From Gemmatales bacterium (GTDB lineage: Bacteria; Planctomycetota; Planctomycetia; Gemmatales; HRBIN36), in the NCBI GenBank assembly GCA_041640595.1, contig JBEPZY010000002.1, forward strand, positions 532,651-596,650: a stretch of 64,000 nucleotides of DNA, written 5' to 3'. Of the stretch, positions 51,985 through 61,466 are shown piece after piece. The notes below the pieces were generated by a model. The model was given only the letters and a program-made list of their open reading frames with translations, had not been told where the DNA came from and searched no databases. How positions within the stretch are numbered: position 1 is the stretch's first letter; the number at the start of each line of letters is the position of its first letter. Both the position numbers and the translations under genes were made by a program.

Positions 51985-52458
51985 ATGCGATATCTGGCCG
52001 TGATCCTAACTCTTGCACTAAGCATCCCGTTACTTGCTTGCCTTGGGCAGGATAGACGCACCGAACAGGAGCAAAAACTCCTTCGCCGGCTACAAGGGCT
52101 ATGGCGTTTGACGGAAGCGGCGGGGAAAAGACCCGACGGTAAAGTCGACAAGACCGCTTTCGCCAAAGGGCCAATCTGGATGATTCACAAGAACTTTCTG
52201 TACTTTCATGATGACTATGGCAATCCACGCTCCATTCGGCTCGAAATTGACGCCTCGAGCGAACCTGTCAGGGTGGACCTGATCGAGCAGCCAGACTTAG
52301 AAAAACCGGCGTTTTGTCTGCTAGGCATTCTTTCGCTGGAGAAAGACCGACTATACATATGCTATCATCATAAATTGCGCCCTCAGAGCTTCGACCTGAA
52401 GGATGAGGCTGACTTCACCCGAATGTGGATTTTCGAGAGATTCAAAGAGCAGGATTAG
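51985..52458 (+). CDS. TIGR03067-like domain protein, predicted lipoprotein
   Basis: LQGLW...IDASSEP..VD...GI.SLEKD.L.IC...RPQSF...FER; lipobox LLAC; RBS AGGAGG. Confidence 0.8.
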   Translation: MRYLAVILTLALSIPLLACLGQDRRTEQEQKLLRRLQGLWRLTEAAGKRPDGKVDKTAFAKGPIWMIHKNFLYFHDDYGNPRSIRLEIDASSEPVRVDLIEQPDLEKPAFCLLGILSLEKDRLYICYHHKLRPQSFDLKDEADFTRMWIFERFKEQD

Positions 52459-52700
52459 TTGAATGCCACACATGAGTGGGGAAAGACTGCCTGAACTGCA
52501 ATTCGATCAACAACGCGTGTTTCGAGACGTGGGCCCATCGGGATATCCCTGTCCGGTTTTAGCCGGACTTAGAAAGAGCGAGTTGTCAGGCCACGGAGGC
52601 ACTGGGACCGTCAGCCGATCAAATCGGTGAAGTCAATGCTGCTCATGAAAAGAATCAGCATTTCTGATCACCGTCGGGCCAAGTGTGGGAGGAGATAGCT

Positions 52701-53162
52701 ATGCTGACTACGTGCTGGGCCATCTGCTGGCTTGCGGAGCTGACCTTGGCGCGGTTGGATCCGATTAGGAGTAAGTACTACACAGACCTGCAATTGATGC
52801 AGGGCGAATGGGAGTTAGTAACTATGGAACCCGAGTTTCAGAAGGAGCTGTTTAAGGGGATGCGCCTGACCGTCAAGGGGAACACAATGATCAGCCGGTT
52901 CGGCAGAGGTACTTCAAAGAGAGAGATAGAGTTCCGCTTTATCCTCAGGCCGCAACTTTCGCCCAAGGGAATAGACTCCTTTGACCCCGATCAGCGCGAC
53001 TCGCCGCCAGGCGTGGCCATTTACGAAGTCACCGAACATCTCCTGATAATCCTCGACCATGCAAAGGTCGGGGAGGGTCGGCCAAAGGATTTCTCTTTTC
53101 CCGACCCAGATGACAATGATTACTACTTTTACTGCTTGATGGTCTTTCGCCGGGTGAAATGA
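52701..53162 (+). CDS. TIGR03067-like domain protein
   Basis: MQGEW...LTVKGN...SPKGID...AIYEV...RPKDF...VFRRVK; hydrophobic N-terminus; RBS GGAGG. Confidence 0.8.
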   Translation: MLTTCWAICWLAELTLARLDPIRSKYYTDLQLMQGEWELVTMEPEFQKELFKGMRLTVKGNTMISRFGRGTSKREIEFRFILRPQLSPKGIDSFDPDQRDSPPGVAIYEVTEHLLIILDHAKVGEGRPKDFSFPDPDDNDYYFYCLMVFRRVK

Positions 53163-53277
53163 AGCTGCGGCCCAGGAAAGGTGATGCTGCTAAGCTGCTA
53201 CAGGGGCAGCAAGAGTTGGCAAGACACGACTGCTTGTACGAACCCTGAGCCGTGAACTAGGTGCATGCTGTAAACGC

Positions 53278-53968
53278 ATGGCAGAATCAGTAACCAGGGT
53301 CTATTCGTCGGAATTGGCCGGACCGCCTACGCGCCTCGAACTCCCGAGAGCGGGCGAAGTGGACGCCAACGGGGAAGCCGTGATTCGCGGAACGATTCAA
53401 CCGCACGGTGCCGACGAAGCTACGCAGTATTACCTGCCGCGTTTCCGTGCTTGGGATGATGCCGGCTCGAACGCGCTGTCGCCGTTCGTACAGCTCGCCG
53501 CCACGGATTTCAAAGTGAGTGACGGTGGTCTCCATACGGCCGGTCGGTACATTTCGCACGGCCTCGGACGGAGCCGTCTTGCTCAAGGAGGGAGACACGC
53601 TCAGCTTCGACGTCTGGATTGGGGGTGTTGGCGGCGGTGGCTCCATGCCTGGCTGGGACGGTAATATTCGGTGGGGAGTATTTGACGATGACCCGGGATA
53701 CGACGACCTTATCAAGGACTACTCTTCCGTAACACCCGATCTGTTGGCTCATCCGAATCCGACAGGTGCCTGGCAGGTTAATGCAGGGACTTTTACGCTT
53801 CGAGCGAGCCGCGGTGAGATTTATGGGGACGCAGGGGTCGGGTTAGGTGTCGGCTGGAAAGGCGATATTGAAGTCTATGTTCATATCTGGTGGTACTGCA
53901 ACTGTCCTTGTTGCTGGGGCGGGTACGACTACAGATCGTATATAGTTCGCGTGAGGTATGAGCCCTAG
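53278..53968 (+). pseudogene. Orphan C-terminal module of a secreted protein, frameshifted by a 4-bp duplication
   Basis: ORFs 53278.. and 53519..53968 join in frame (…DFKV-TVVSIR…) if one GTGA of GTGAGTGA (53515-53522) is removed; no RBS or signal peptide. Confidence 0.6.
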
Positions 53969-54018
53969 AGTTAGAACTCGCTGCTTGCGATCGGTGGCAA
54001 CGGGCGGAGGGACTAAGC

Positions 54019-54495
54019 ATGAGCTCGAAAGTAAGGCTATTAGCTATTCGAGCCATCAAGATTTCGATGGTAGTCTTGCCCTTATGTCTTGTTGTTTTCG
54101 TCCTGGGAAGGGTGGAGCGATACCAGGCTATCCAAGGTAAATGGCAACTGGTCGAAGTACGCGGCAAGAGTGGCGACGAAATTTTGACGAGGCCAGGACC
54201 ACAGGGGACAGGTTTTTGGATCGTCGGCAACTGGATAAAGCCGTATGGCCACGGCTGCGAGGAGTGGGGACTGGGAGCTTTGCTGGTTTTGCACGGTAAC
54301 CCAAACGAGCAATGTTGCGACGGCCATATCGTATTCCCGCACTTGCTGGGAATCTATAGTACGCCAACCCTACTGGCTTTCGAGAACGATAAACTGCTCA
54401 TCGGCATTCGCGGGGGCGGACAACATCCGAGAACATTAGATTTGCAAAATGCGCCGGACGGCACCAGAATATGGGTACTAAAGCGTGATCGCTAG
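54019..54495 (+). CDS. Divergent TIGR03067-like domain protein
   Basis: N-terminal TM/signal; IQGKWQLV...FENDKLLI...HPRTL...WVLKR; RBS GGAGG. Confidence 0.65.
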   Translation: MSSKVRLLAIRAIKISMVVLPLCLVVFVLGRVERYQAIQGKWQLVEVRGKSGDEILTRPGPQGTGFWIVGNWIKPYGHGCEEWGLGALLVLHGNPNEQCCDGHIVFPHLLGIYSTPTLLAFENDKLLIGIRGGGQHPRTLDLQNAPDGTRIWVLKRDR

Positions 54496-54602
54496 TAACC
54501 TTGTCGAATATAGTGCTTAGCGCAGAAGGCTTGCCTAAACTGGGCCGGGAGCGGCGGTGTTGCAGCAGCCCGGGCGGTGGGAACGGATGCGAGGGGTGGT
54601 GG

Positions 54603-55178
54603 TCACGGCTGGGCGAGGGTGGCGGCGCGTTGCTGAACGAGCTGGCTGAAGCTTTTGAATTCTGGAGAACCCGCTTGACGGAGCCATTCAAAGCCTACCG
54701 TTTCAACAGTGGTCAGGATAGCGCCAAGGCGTTCGAGTCGGCGTAAGGCGGTTTCGTGGTCTACGGCAAAACGCGAAGCCACGGCGTCAACGGGCAGATG
54801 TACCTGGAATCCCTCCGTGAGCAAATCGAGCACGGTTTGCAATACGCACACATGGGTTTCGATGCCGAGGACAACAATCTGACGACAATCCTGCTGGCGA
54901 AAGCTGGCGACGATCTGGGGCAGGGCACAACAGCTGAAGTCGAGCTTCTCGGGTCGCGTGGGCAAAAGTTCGGCCAGTTCGGAAACAGTAGGCCCGAGGC
55001 CTTTCGGATACTGTTCGGTGGCCTGCACGGGTATTTGCAGGAGCTGAGCCACCTGGAGGAGGAATCGGATATTGTTCACCAAGCGCTGGTTGTTCGGGAT
55101 CAGCCGAATTAGCTTTTCCTGGACGTCCACCACGAGCACGCCGCTACGCTTACGGTCGAGAAGAGTCGGGTGGGGCAT
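54603..55178 (-). CDS. Isochorismatase-family hydrolase (YcaC/ISOC-like)
   Basis: VVDVQEKL, TEQYPKGLG.TV, K..FSC and GIETHVCV.QT. Confidence 0.92.
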   Translation of the reverse strand: MPHPTLLDRKRSGVLVVDVQEKLIRLIPNNQRLVNNIRFLLQVAQLLQIPVQATEQYPKGLGPTVSELAELLPTRPEKLDFSCCALPQIVASFRQQDCRQIVVLGIETHVCVLQTVLDLLTEGFQVHLPVDAVASRFAVDHETALRRLERLGAILTTVETVGFEWLRQAGSPEFKSFSQLVQQRAATLAQP

Positions 55179-55387
55179 CGGCAGGGTTCCTGGGGCGTTG
55201 TGAGTAATGCCAGCGGTCTGGCGTGATCACAGCCGAGGAAATTCGAGCCAGAGCGGGTCAGGTGCAAAAGCTCCAGGAATGTGCTCTGGCATCCGGGACA
55301 TTCGCCCGCGTTGACCGAGGGTCAGATTTTATCGAATCGCAAATGGTTATCGAAGCGGTCTGAAGTGCGGAGAGTTCGCGGGAAGTT

Positions 55388-57826
55388 TCAGGAGCCGGCA
55401 GCATTCGGCGACGGTTGCAGTTGCTCGATAAATTGCCGCAGGTGCGACAGTTGTTGTTGCAATTGAGAGAGTTCCTGCTCGGCGGGCGGTTGCTGGGCGA
55501 AACGGTAGCGGTAATACAGTTCGGTGATGCGTACCGGTAAACGAGCCAGTTCGGAACTGGGGCAGCCGTGCTGGGAGAGCCAGCTCTGAGCGGCAGCGGC
55601 GTATTCGAGCAGAGATTGTGCGGGCGAGCGTGGCGGGAGAATGCGAGCCAGCAACTGGAGCAGTGCCTGTTGCCAGGGAGCGATGGGTCCGGCTAAGGAA
55701 GTTCGGGGAGCGTCGCGGCGGGAGCGCAATCGCCGCCAGACTACGAAGGCAGCCCCAGCCAGGGTGATGCCGCCCAGGGCCCGGCCTAACGCCCAGAGTA
55801 ATTCGCGATCGGTAACGTCGGCGAGATGCAGCTTGTCGAGCAAAGCGTTCACCGTGCCGAAAGAGCGAAAACCTTGCCCGGTACTGCCGTCCAGCACCAC
55901 GAGGTCCCACAGGTACCGTAAATCGTCGGCGAGCATTTTCCACCAGGGAGCCTGGCGATAAAGCCGAGTGCTGATAGCGGCACCGGGAGTCGGATCGAAC
56001 ATTCGCCACGAACCGCGGCGGATGGTGCCGTCAGTTTCACGTGGGCCGATCAAGGCTTCGACCCAGGCGTGGGCGTGGTAGGCACGCACTTCATGGGTTT
56101 TCCAGGTCGGGTTCCAGTCAGTCCCGCGAAAGCCGAGCACGATGCGGGCGGGGATGCGTTGCGACCGCAAGAGCAACGCCAGGGCAGAGGCATAGTGCTG
56201 ACACCAGCCCGCCTTCTTACCATCCTCGGTGACCGGCACGAGCAGGAATTCCTCGGTGGGATCGAGTTCGGGGTTTTTGCGAGTGCGGCTCAGCGTGTAA
56301 ACGAATTCGTCTGGGTTGTTGGCGAGGTAGTGCTCAAGAATTTGCGCTTTGGCGAGCACCTGGTCGGCACTTTCGCCCGGGATCGGTTCGGCAGGTAAGC
56401 GATGCCGCTGCAACACTTTGGCCGCCAGCTGGCTGATGCGTCGGCTCCAGAGCAGTTCAGCGGGAAGCTCATCCAGTCGCTGCCTCGATACACCAGGCAC
56501 AGCAAAGCTCGGCAAAACATTAGGCGGAAACAGGGGTCGGACAGACGGAGGCACTGCTACACTGCTTTCCCGGTGACTTTCGGGGACGGGCAAATGGGGA
56601 TCGTAGAGTTGTTCGTAACGCAGAAGGCGACTGCCCGCCAGCAACGCTGCCCACAGACTCGGTTCGCGTAAACGCAAAGCCACTCCTGCCAGCTCTGCAT
56701 CCGAATAGAACCAGATACCACCCGGGCGAACCAGTCCCGGATGCGGTTCTGCCAGAATCAAAGGCAGGCGCGTTCCGGTTTGTAGTTCTTCCAGTTCGCC
56801 GCTGTTTTCCAGCCAGACCGCGGAGGGGAGTTTCGTCAGGTCCACCTGAAATTGCAAACGATACTGCCCGCCCTGCAGTTGGATCGGATAGCGGAAGGGA
56901 ATGTAGGTAACGTCCGACTCCGAACTAGGTCGCCACTTTCCGTGGTCATAAACACTGCACGTCAGCACCCGTAACCGCAGATGGTCTCCTAACCAGACGC
57001 GGTTTCCCTGAGCGTCGAGAGCATCCATGCGTGCGACCAGTTCATCGCTCAGACGCAAGGAAGCTCCTGAGGTCAAATCAATGCCGGCAGATAATCCGGT
57101 CAGGTAAACCGAAGCGGTTCCGCCCGTCCACCAGGCTGGCACGCCGCGGCTGCCGATCCGCGGAACGCTCAGAAACAAAATGACTGCCAGGATCACTCCC
57201 AGCCCGGACCACCAGGCAGCGGTGGTCAATCCCGTGGACGAGAAACGCCACACTCGCGGCGATGTTCGCACGGCCGGATCGCCAGAACCGGTCTCGCTCC
57301 ACCTGTGCAAAACCACCAGAGCCCAGACCCCGCTCACCAGGTATGCCAGCAGTAGCCCGGGGAACAGCCGATAGCCGAGGTCTTCTGGCCGAGCTATCAG
57401 GGTGGCGCAAGCCAGCACCACCTGCACCAGGGCCAGAGCATGCATCATCCAGTAATCGCCGGCAGTGCGTGGCCGTAACCACTTAGCCAACAGCAGCAGC
57501 GCAAGAAGCGTTCCGCCGCGAAGAAAACCCACCCGGAGCCAGTCATCGCCAACCGCCAAACCTTCGATTTCCTGACGGTAAAATTCCGAGCCCACCCACG
57601 TCAACCACAATCCCATCAACATCAGCCCAAACAAATTCGCCAGCGTCGCGTTGAGATGCCAGCGCCTGGGGAAAAACATAAGCAGGGTCAAAACTCCCAC
57701 CAGCGTCGGGTACAGCCAGCCTGGCACGGCTGTGTCCACCACCGCCAGACAGGCCAAGGCGAATGTGAAGGTAAGCCAGTGACTCAGGAGGAAAGTCCAG
57801 TGCATGCTCGACACCAGCCGATGCAA
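55388..57826 (-). CDS. Membrane transglutaminase-like protein (DUF3488/TgpA type)
   Basis: Multiple N-terminal TMs; catalytic triad motifs GWCQHYASA, HAW and FDPT. Confidence 0.9.
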   Translation of the reverse strand: MHRLVSSMHWTFLLSHWLTFTFALACLAVVDTAVPGWLYPTLVGVLTLLMFFPRRWHLNATLANLFGLMLMGLWLTWVGSEFYRQEIEGLAVGDDWLRVGFLRGGTLLALLLLAKWLRPRTAGDYWMMHALALVQVVLACATLIARPEDLGYRLFPGLLLAYLVSGVWALVVLHRWSETGSGDPAVRTSPRVWRFSSTGLTTAAWWSGLGVILAVILFLSVPRIGSRGVPAWWTGGTASVYLTGLSAGIDLTSGASLRLSDELVARMDALDAQGNRVWLGDHLRLRVLTCSVYDHGKWRPSSESDVTYIPFRYPIQLQGGQYRLQFQVDLTKLPSAVWLENSGELEELQTGTRLPLILAEPHPGLVRPGGIWFYSDAELAGVALRLREPSLWAALLAGSRLLRYEQLYDPHLPVPESHRESSVAVPPSVRPLFPPNVLPSFAVPGVSRQRLDELPAELLWSRRISQLAAKVLQRHRLPAEPIPGESADQVLAKAQILEHYLANNPDEFVYTLSRTRKNPELDPTEEFLLVPVTEDGKKAGWCQHYASALALLLRSQRIPARIVLGFRGTDWNPTWKTHEVRAYHAHAWVEALIGPRETDGTIRRGSWRMFDPTPGAAISTRLYRQAPWWKMLADDLRYLWDLVVLDGSTGQGFRSFGTVNALLDKLHLADVTDRELLWALGRALGGITLAGAAFVVWRRLRSRRDAPRTSLAGPIAPWQQALLQLLARILPPRSPAQSLLEYAAAAQSWLSQHGCPSSELARLPVRITELYYRYRFAQQPPAEQELSQLQQQLSHLRQFIEQLQPSPNAAGS

Positions 57827-57898
57827 TCGCCATCAGCCCGGGTGGATTCCGCGGACAGGGCCCTCGTCAAATCGTATCTGCGCTCGCCCGAAATCAAT

Positions 57899-59149
57899 TT
57901 ACGTCGCTCGAACCTGGTTGCCAGGGATAGGCGGATTGTACCAGCCAGCGAGGCGGGCCTGCTCAGCGGTTGTGCACAGGGCAACCGGCAAAGGCAGCTT
58001 GCTGAAATCCGGACACCTGGAGGCAGTTGTGACCCAGAGCACGGGAGCATGGCGAAAATAATACGGCAAGGCCAGACCAGGCCAGTCAGGAACTGAGCCG
58101 CCATTGCTGGTTGGGGAAGCGCCGACCGGCTGCGCATTGCCTTGCACCAGCGCCAGAGCATCGAGCAGGCGGCGCACGTCCGGCGTAGCGCTCTCGGCAA
58201 CAAAAGTACGGATTTCCTGTTCCAGTAAGACCAGAGCGATGCGACGGCCTGGCTGTTGATTCATCGCCAGGACAATGCTGGCCGCCAGGCTGATGGCTTG
58301 TTCGAGTGCCAGGTCAAAATTTGCGGCGTCGCTGGTCGTAACTGTTACCTGTGGTTGCCGGGCTTCCAGGACGAGCACCAAATCGTCGCTGGCTGGTGGT
58401 TCCATTTCACGGACCAGCAATTTGCCGGTGCGGGCGGAGCTTCGCCAGTGTACGTAGCGGGGACTGTCGCCGCTTCGGTATTCCCGCAAACCGTGGAACT
58501 CGAACTCCGCTCCGGGTAATGGTCGGTGCCAGGGTCGCGGAATGGCACTGTGGGAATGCTGCCACTCCAGGAGGGTTTGCAGATGCAGCAGGTTGACCTG
58601 ACCCACGGCGGGCCAGACGATTCGTTCCTCGCTGCATTCGTACCGGGCTTCTCGCCGACACAAGCCCAGCGGAAAACCCGTACTCACGCACAGATCCGAC
58701 CAGCGATACCGGCCCCGTCGCGGCAAAACATGCTGAACCCGTCGCACCAGGCGCTCGCCTCGGCGCAACTGCCCCACGTAATCGCACCACCGCAGTCGCA
58801 CTGACCCATCTGCGTGCCGGGCAGCCCGAATTTCCACGCGGTCTTCGAGCCGTAACCCGACCTGACGTGGTCCGGGATTTTGGATCTCCACCTCGACGAA
58901 AAATGGTTCCCCGGCCGCGATGGCTTCCGGAAGCCGTCGCGTGATTCGCAAGCGATTGAGCCCTCGCCGCAGGCCGACAATGTACAGCAAGTGCAACGCC
59001 ATCAGTCCAATCAGGAAAAAAGCAAGAAACGCCAGCAAACCGATGGAGCGATACCATCCCTGAGTCAACAGGACCGCCGCCAGCAGAATCCAGAACACTC
59101 CCTGCCAGGTGAGCCGAATGCGGCTACGGACTCGTTGCGGTTGGGCCAT
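57899..59149 (-). CDS. DUF58 domain protein
   Basis: RRG.Y, FPLGL and EFHGLREYR.GD.PR.VHWRSSAR.G.L.VRE. Confidence 0.92.
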   Translation of the reverse strand: MAQPQRVRSRIRLTWQGVFWILLAAVLLTQGWYRSIGLLAFLAFFLIGLMALHLLYIVGLRRGLNRLRITRRLPEAIAAGEPFFVEVEIQNPGPRQVGLRLEDRVEIRAARHADGSVRLRWCDYVGQLRRGERLVRRVQHVLPRRGRYRWSDLCVSTGFPLGLCRREARYECSEERIVWPAVGQVNLLHLQTLLEWQHSHSAIPRPWHRPLPGAEFEFHGLREYRSGDSPRYVHWRSSARTGKLLVREMEPPASDDLVLVLEARQPQVTVTTSDAANFDLALEQAISLAASIVLAMNQQPGRRIALVLLEQEIRTFVAESATPDVRRLLDALALVQGNAQPVGASPTSNGGSVPDWPGLALPYYFRHAPVLWVTTASRCPDFSKLPLPVALCTTAEQARLAGWYNPPIPGNQVRAT

Positions 59150-59327
59150 CCGATAGCTCCCACGGGTTCTGACTGGCGAATCGGAAAAGACTCCGGGTTG
59201 CTCTGATAAGGCCGGCATTCGTTATCATTTCCAGGGCGTTGCCTTGCAGGATAAACCGCATTTACGCGCTTCGGGTCATGCGTGTTGCAGGCGGTGCAGC
59301 GCCGTTGCCTTGCAGCATAAACCGCAT

Positions 59328-60266
59328 TTACACCGGCACAGGTGTGGCCTCGAGAATCTCCGCGATAATGCGTTCGTTGTTCTGGAGCTGGCCATTGTAA
59401 CGGTATCCGACGGCGAAAATACGGTGGGCCAGAACCGGGATAGCCAGACGTTTGATGTCTTCGGGAATCACAAAGTCACGGTTTTCGCAGTAAGCCAGAG
59501 CCTGAGCACAGCGGTAAAGGATCAACCCGCCGCGGATGCTAACGCCCAGCTGGATATCTTCACGATTCCGTGTTGCCGTTACAATGTCGAGCAGGTAGTC
59601 GTGCAGGCTATCTTCCATGCGTACCTGACGCACTTCGGCCTGCATGGCAAGGATGTCCTCGCGGCTAACTACGGGGCGTAACGATTCCACCGGCTCACCC
59701 GCACGATGCTGGGCGAGCACCCGGCGTTCGATCTGGCGATCCGGATAGCCCAGCCGCAGCCGCAGAGCAAACCGATCGAGCTGGTTTTCCGGCAGGGGAT
59801 AGGTGCCCTGGTACTCGTAAGGGTTCTGGGTAGCGACGACCAGAAACGGCGGTTCCAGGGGATAGGTAACACCATCTACCGATACCTGCCGATCGCTCAT
59901 CGCCTCCAGCAAAGCGCTTTGCGTGCGGGGTGTGGCACGGTTAATTTCGTCGGCCAGGACAATGTTGGCGAAAATCGGCCCCGGTTTAAACACAAATTCG
60001 TTGCTCGGCGGGTGAAACACGCTGGTGCCAATCACATCGCTCGGCAGAAGGTCCGGTGTGAACTGAATGCGGTGAAATACCCCGTCAATGCTCCGGGCCA
60101 GTGCTTTGGCCAACAAGGTCTTACCCACGCCGGGCACGTCTTCGATGAGGATATGCCCTTCGGCCAGCAAGGCGACGAGCGCCAGACGGACGGTTTCCGC
60201 TTTGCCTAAAAACACGCTGTTGATGTTGTCTTCCAGCGCGCGAAGTCGTTCGTGCAATCGGGTCAT
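59328..60266 (-). CDS. moxR: MoxR family AAA+ ATPase
   Basis: EDVPGVGKT, RIQFTPDLLPSD, DEINR, ATQNP and QLDRF. Confidence 0.95.
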   Translation of the reverse strand: MTRLHERLRALEDNINSVFLGKAETVRLALVALLAEGHILIEDVPGVGKTLLAKALARSIDGVFHRIQFTPDLLPSDVIGTSVFHPPSNEFVFKPGPIFANIVLADEINRATPRTQSALLEAMSDRQVSVDGVTYPLEPPFLVVATQNPYEYQGTYPLPENQLDRFALRLRLGYPDRQIERRVLAQHRAGEPVESLRPVVSREDILAMQAEVRQVRMEDSLHDYLLDIVTATRNREDIQLGVSIRGGLILYRCAQALAYCENRDFVIPEDIKRLAIPVLAHRIFAVGYRYNGQLQNNERIIAEILEATPVPV

Positions 60267-60431
60267 GGTTAAGGTTGGCGAAAGTCCTGGTGAATTCGTC
60301 CTGGCCGGAATTGTCCTCGCTGCTCATTCTACTCCGCCACTGGCGCCCGGGTTGCAGGCAAGCTGATTGGCTCGCGGGCTTATTCACCCGCGAGCACTCA
60401 GCGCAAGCCAATCACTGCGGGTACGGAAGGA

Positions 60432-61466
60432 CTACCGGGCCACGCGAATGACTATCTTGCCAAACATGCGACGCTGTTCCATGTATTCCTGAGCCTGTCG
60501 GGTTTGCTCCAGCGGAAAGATGGAGTCAATCACCGGCCGCAAGACTCGCCGATCCACCAGCTTGAGGCAGGTGAGCAAATCGTGTCGGCTGCCCATGTAG
60601 GCGCCGGTAACCACCAGTTGTTGCGTGAAGAAAAACCGCAAATCAAGTTCCACTTTCGGACCGGTAGTGGCACCGCAGGTTACCAGCCGACCGTTGCGTG
60701 CCAGGGATTTTAGAGCCGCTGCCCACATTGCCGAGCCGACATGCTCAAAAACAATGTCCACGCCGCGTCCGTGTGTGATTTTTCTCACCTCCGTCGCAAT
60801 GTCCTGCTGCGTGTAATCGAGAACGTAATCGGCTCCGAGTTGCTCTGCACGCCGGCACTTTTCCGCCCCACCGGCAACAGCAATCACTCGCGCCCCGGCA
60901 TATCTGGCGATTTGAACTGCTGCCACTCCCACTCCGCTGGAAGCTCCCATGACCAGCACGTCGTCTCCCGGTTGCAAACCAGCCCGCCGAAATAGCATGT
61001 TCCATGCAGTCAAAAACGTGAGCGGTACTGCCGCCCATTCTTCGAACGACCAGGCCTCGCTGATGGGAATAACATCGCAGGCTCGCGCTTTACTGAATTC
61101 GGCAAAACCACCCTGCGTCTGGTAGCCGTGAATGCGGTAGTCGGGGTCAAGGTGATCGAGACCCGCCGTGGTCCACTCACTGACACGGCGCGGCAATAAA
61201 CCTGGGGCAATAAGCACGCGCTGCCCGATGTTCAGTCCCTGGACTTTCGGCCCCAGAGCCGCCACTACCCCTGTCACTTCACATCCGCCGATGTGCGGCA
61301 TCGGTGCCACTCCCGGTAATCCCTGCCGCACCCAGAGATCGAGATGATTCAGTGCGCAGGCTCGCACTTCCACTAACACTTCGTCCTCATCGAGGCTGGG
61401 CAAAGGAACATCGCGTAGTTGCAATACCTCCGGCCCGCCATGTTGCTCGAAAATCACCGCCTTCAT
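60432..61466 (-). CDS. Medium-chain (zinc-type) dehydrogenase/quinone oxidoreductase
   Basis: HGGPEVL, CALNHLD, GASSGVG and FGKIV; ATGA overlap with meaB. Confidence 0.9.
   Translation of the reverse strand: MKAVIFEQHGGPEVLQLRDVPLPSLDEDEVLVEVRACALNHLDLWVRQGLPGVAPMPHIGGCEVTGVVAALGPKVQGLNIGQRVLIAPGLLPRRVSEWTTAGLDHLDPDYRIHGYQTQGGFAEFSKARACDVIPISEAWSFEEWAAVPLTFLTAWNMLFRRAGLQPGDDVLVMGASSGVGVAAVQIARYAGARVIAVAGGAEKCRRAEQLGADYVLDYTQQDIATEVRKITHGRGVDIVFEHVGSAMWAAALKSLARNGRLVTCGATTGPKVELDLRFFFTQQLVVTGAYMGSRHDLLTCLKLVDRRVLRPVIDSIFPLEQTRQAQEYMEQRRMFGKIVIRVAR

Noticed and set aside
52471..52630. Short ORF MSGERLPELQFDQQRV… resembling the leader's LQFD, plus small palindromes
   Set aside because: The match is four residues, lacks LEDR and an RBS, and may be chance.
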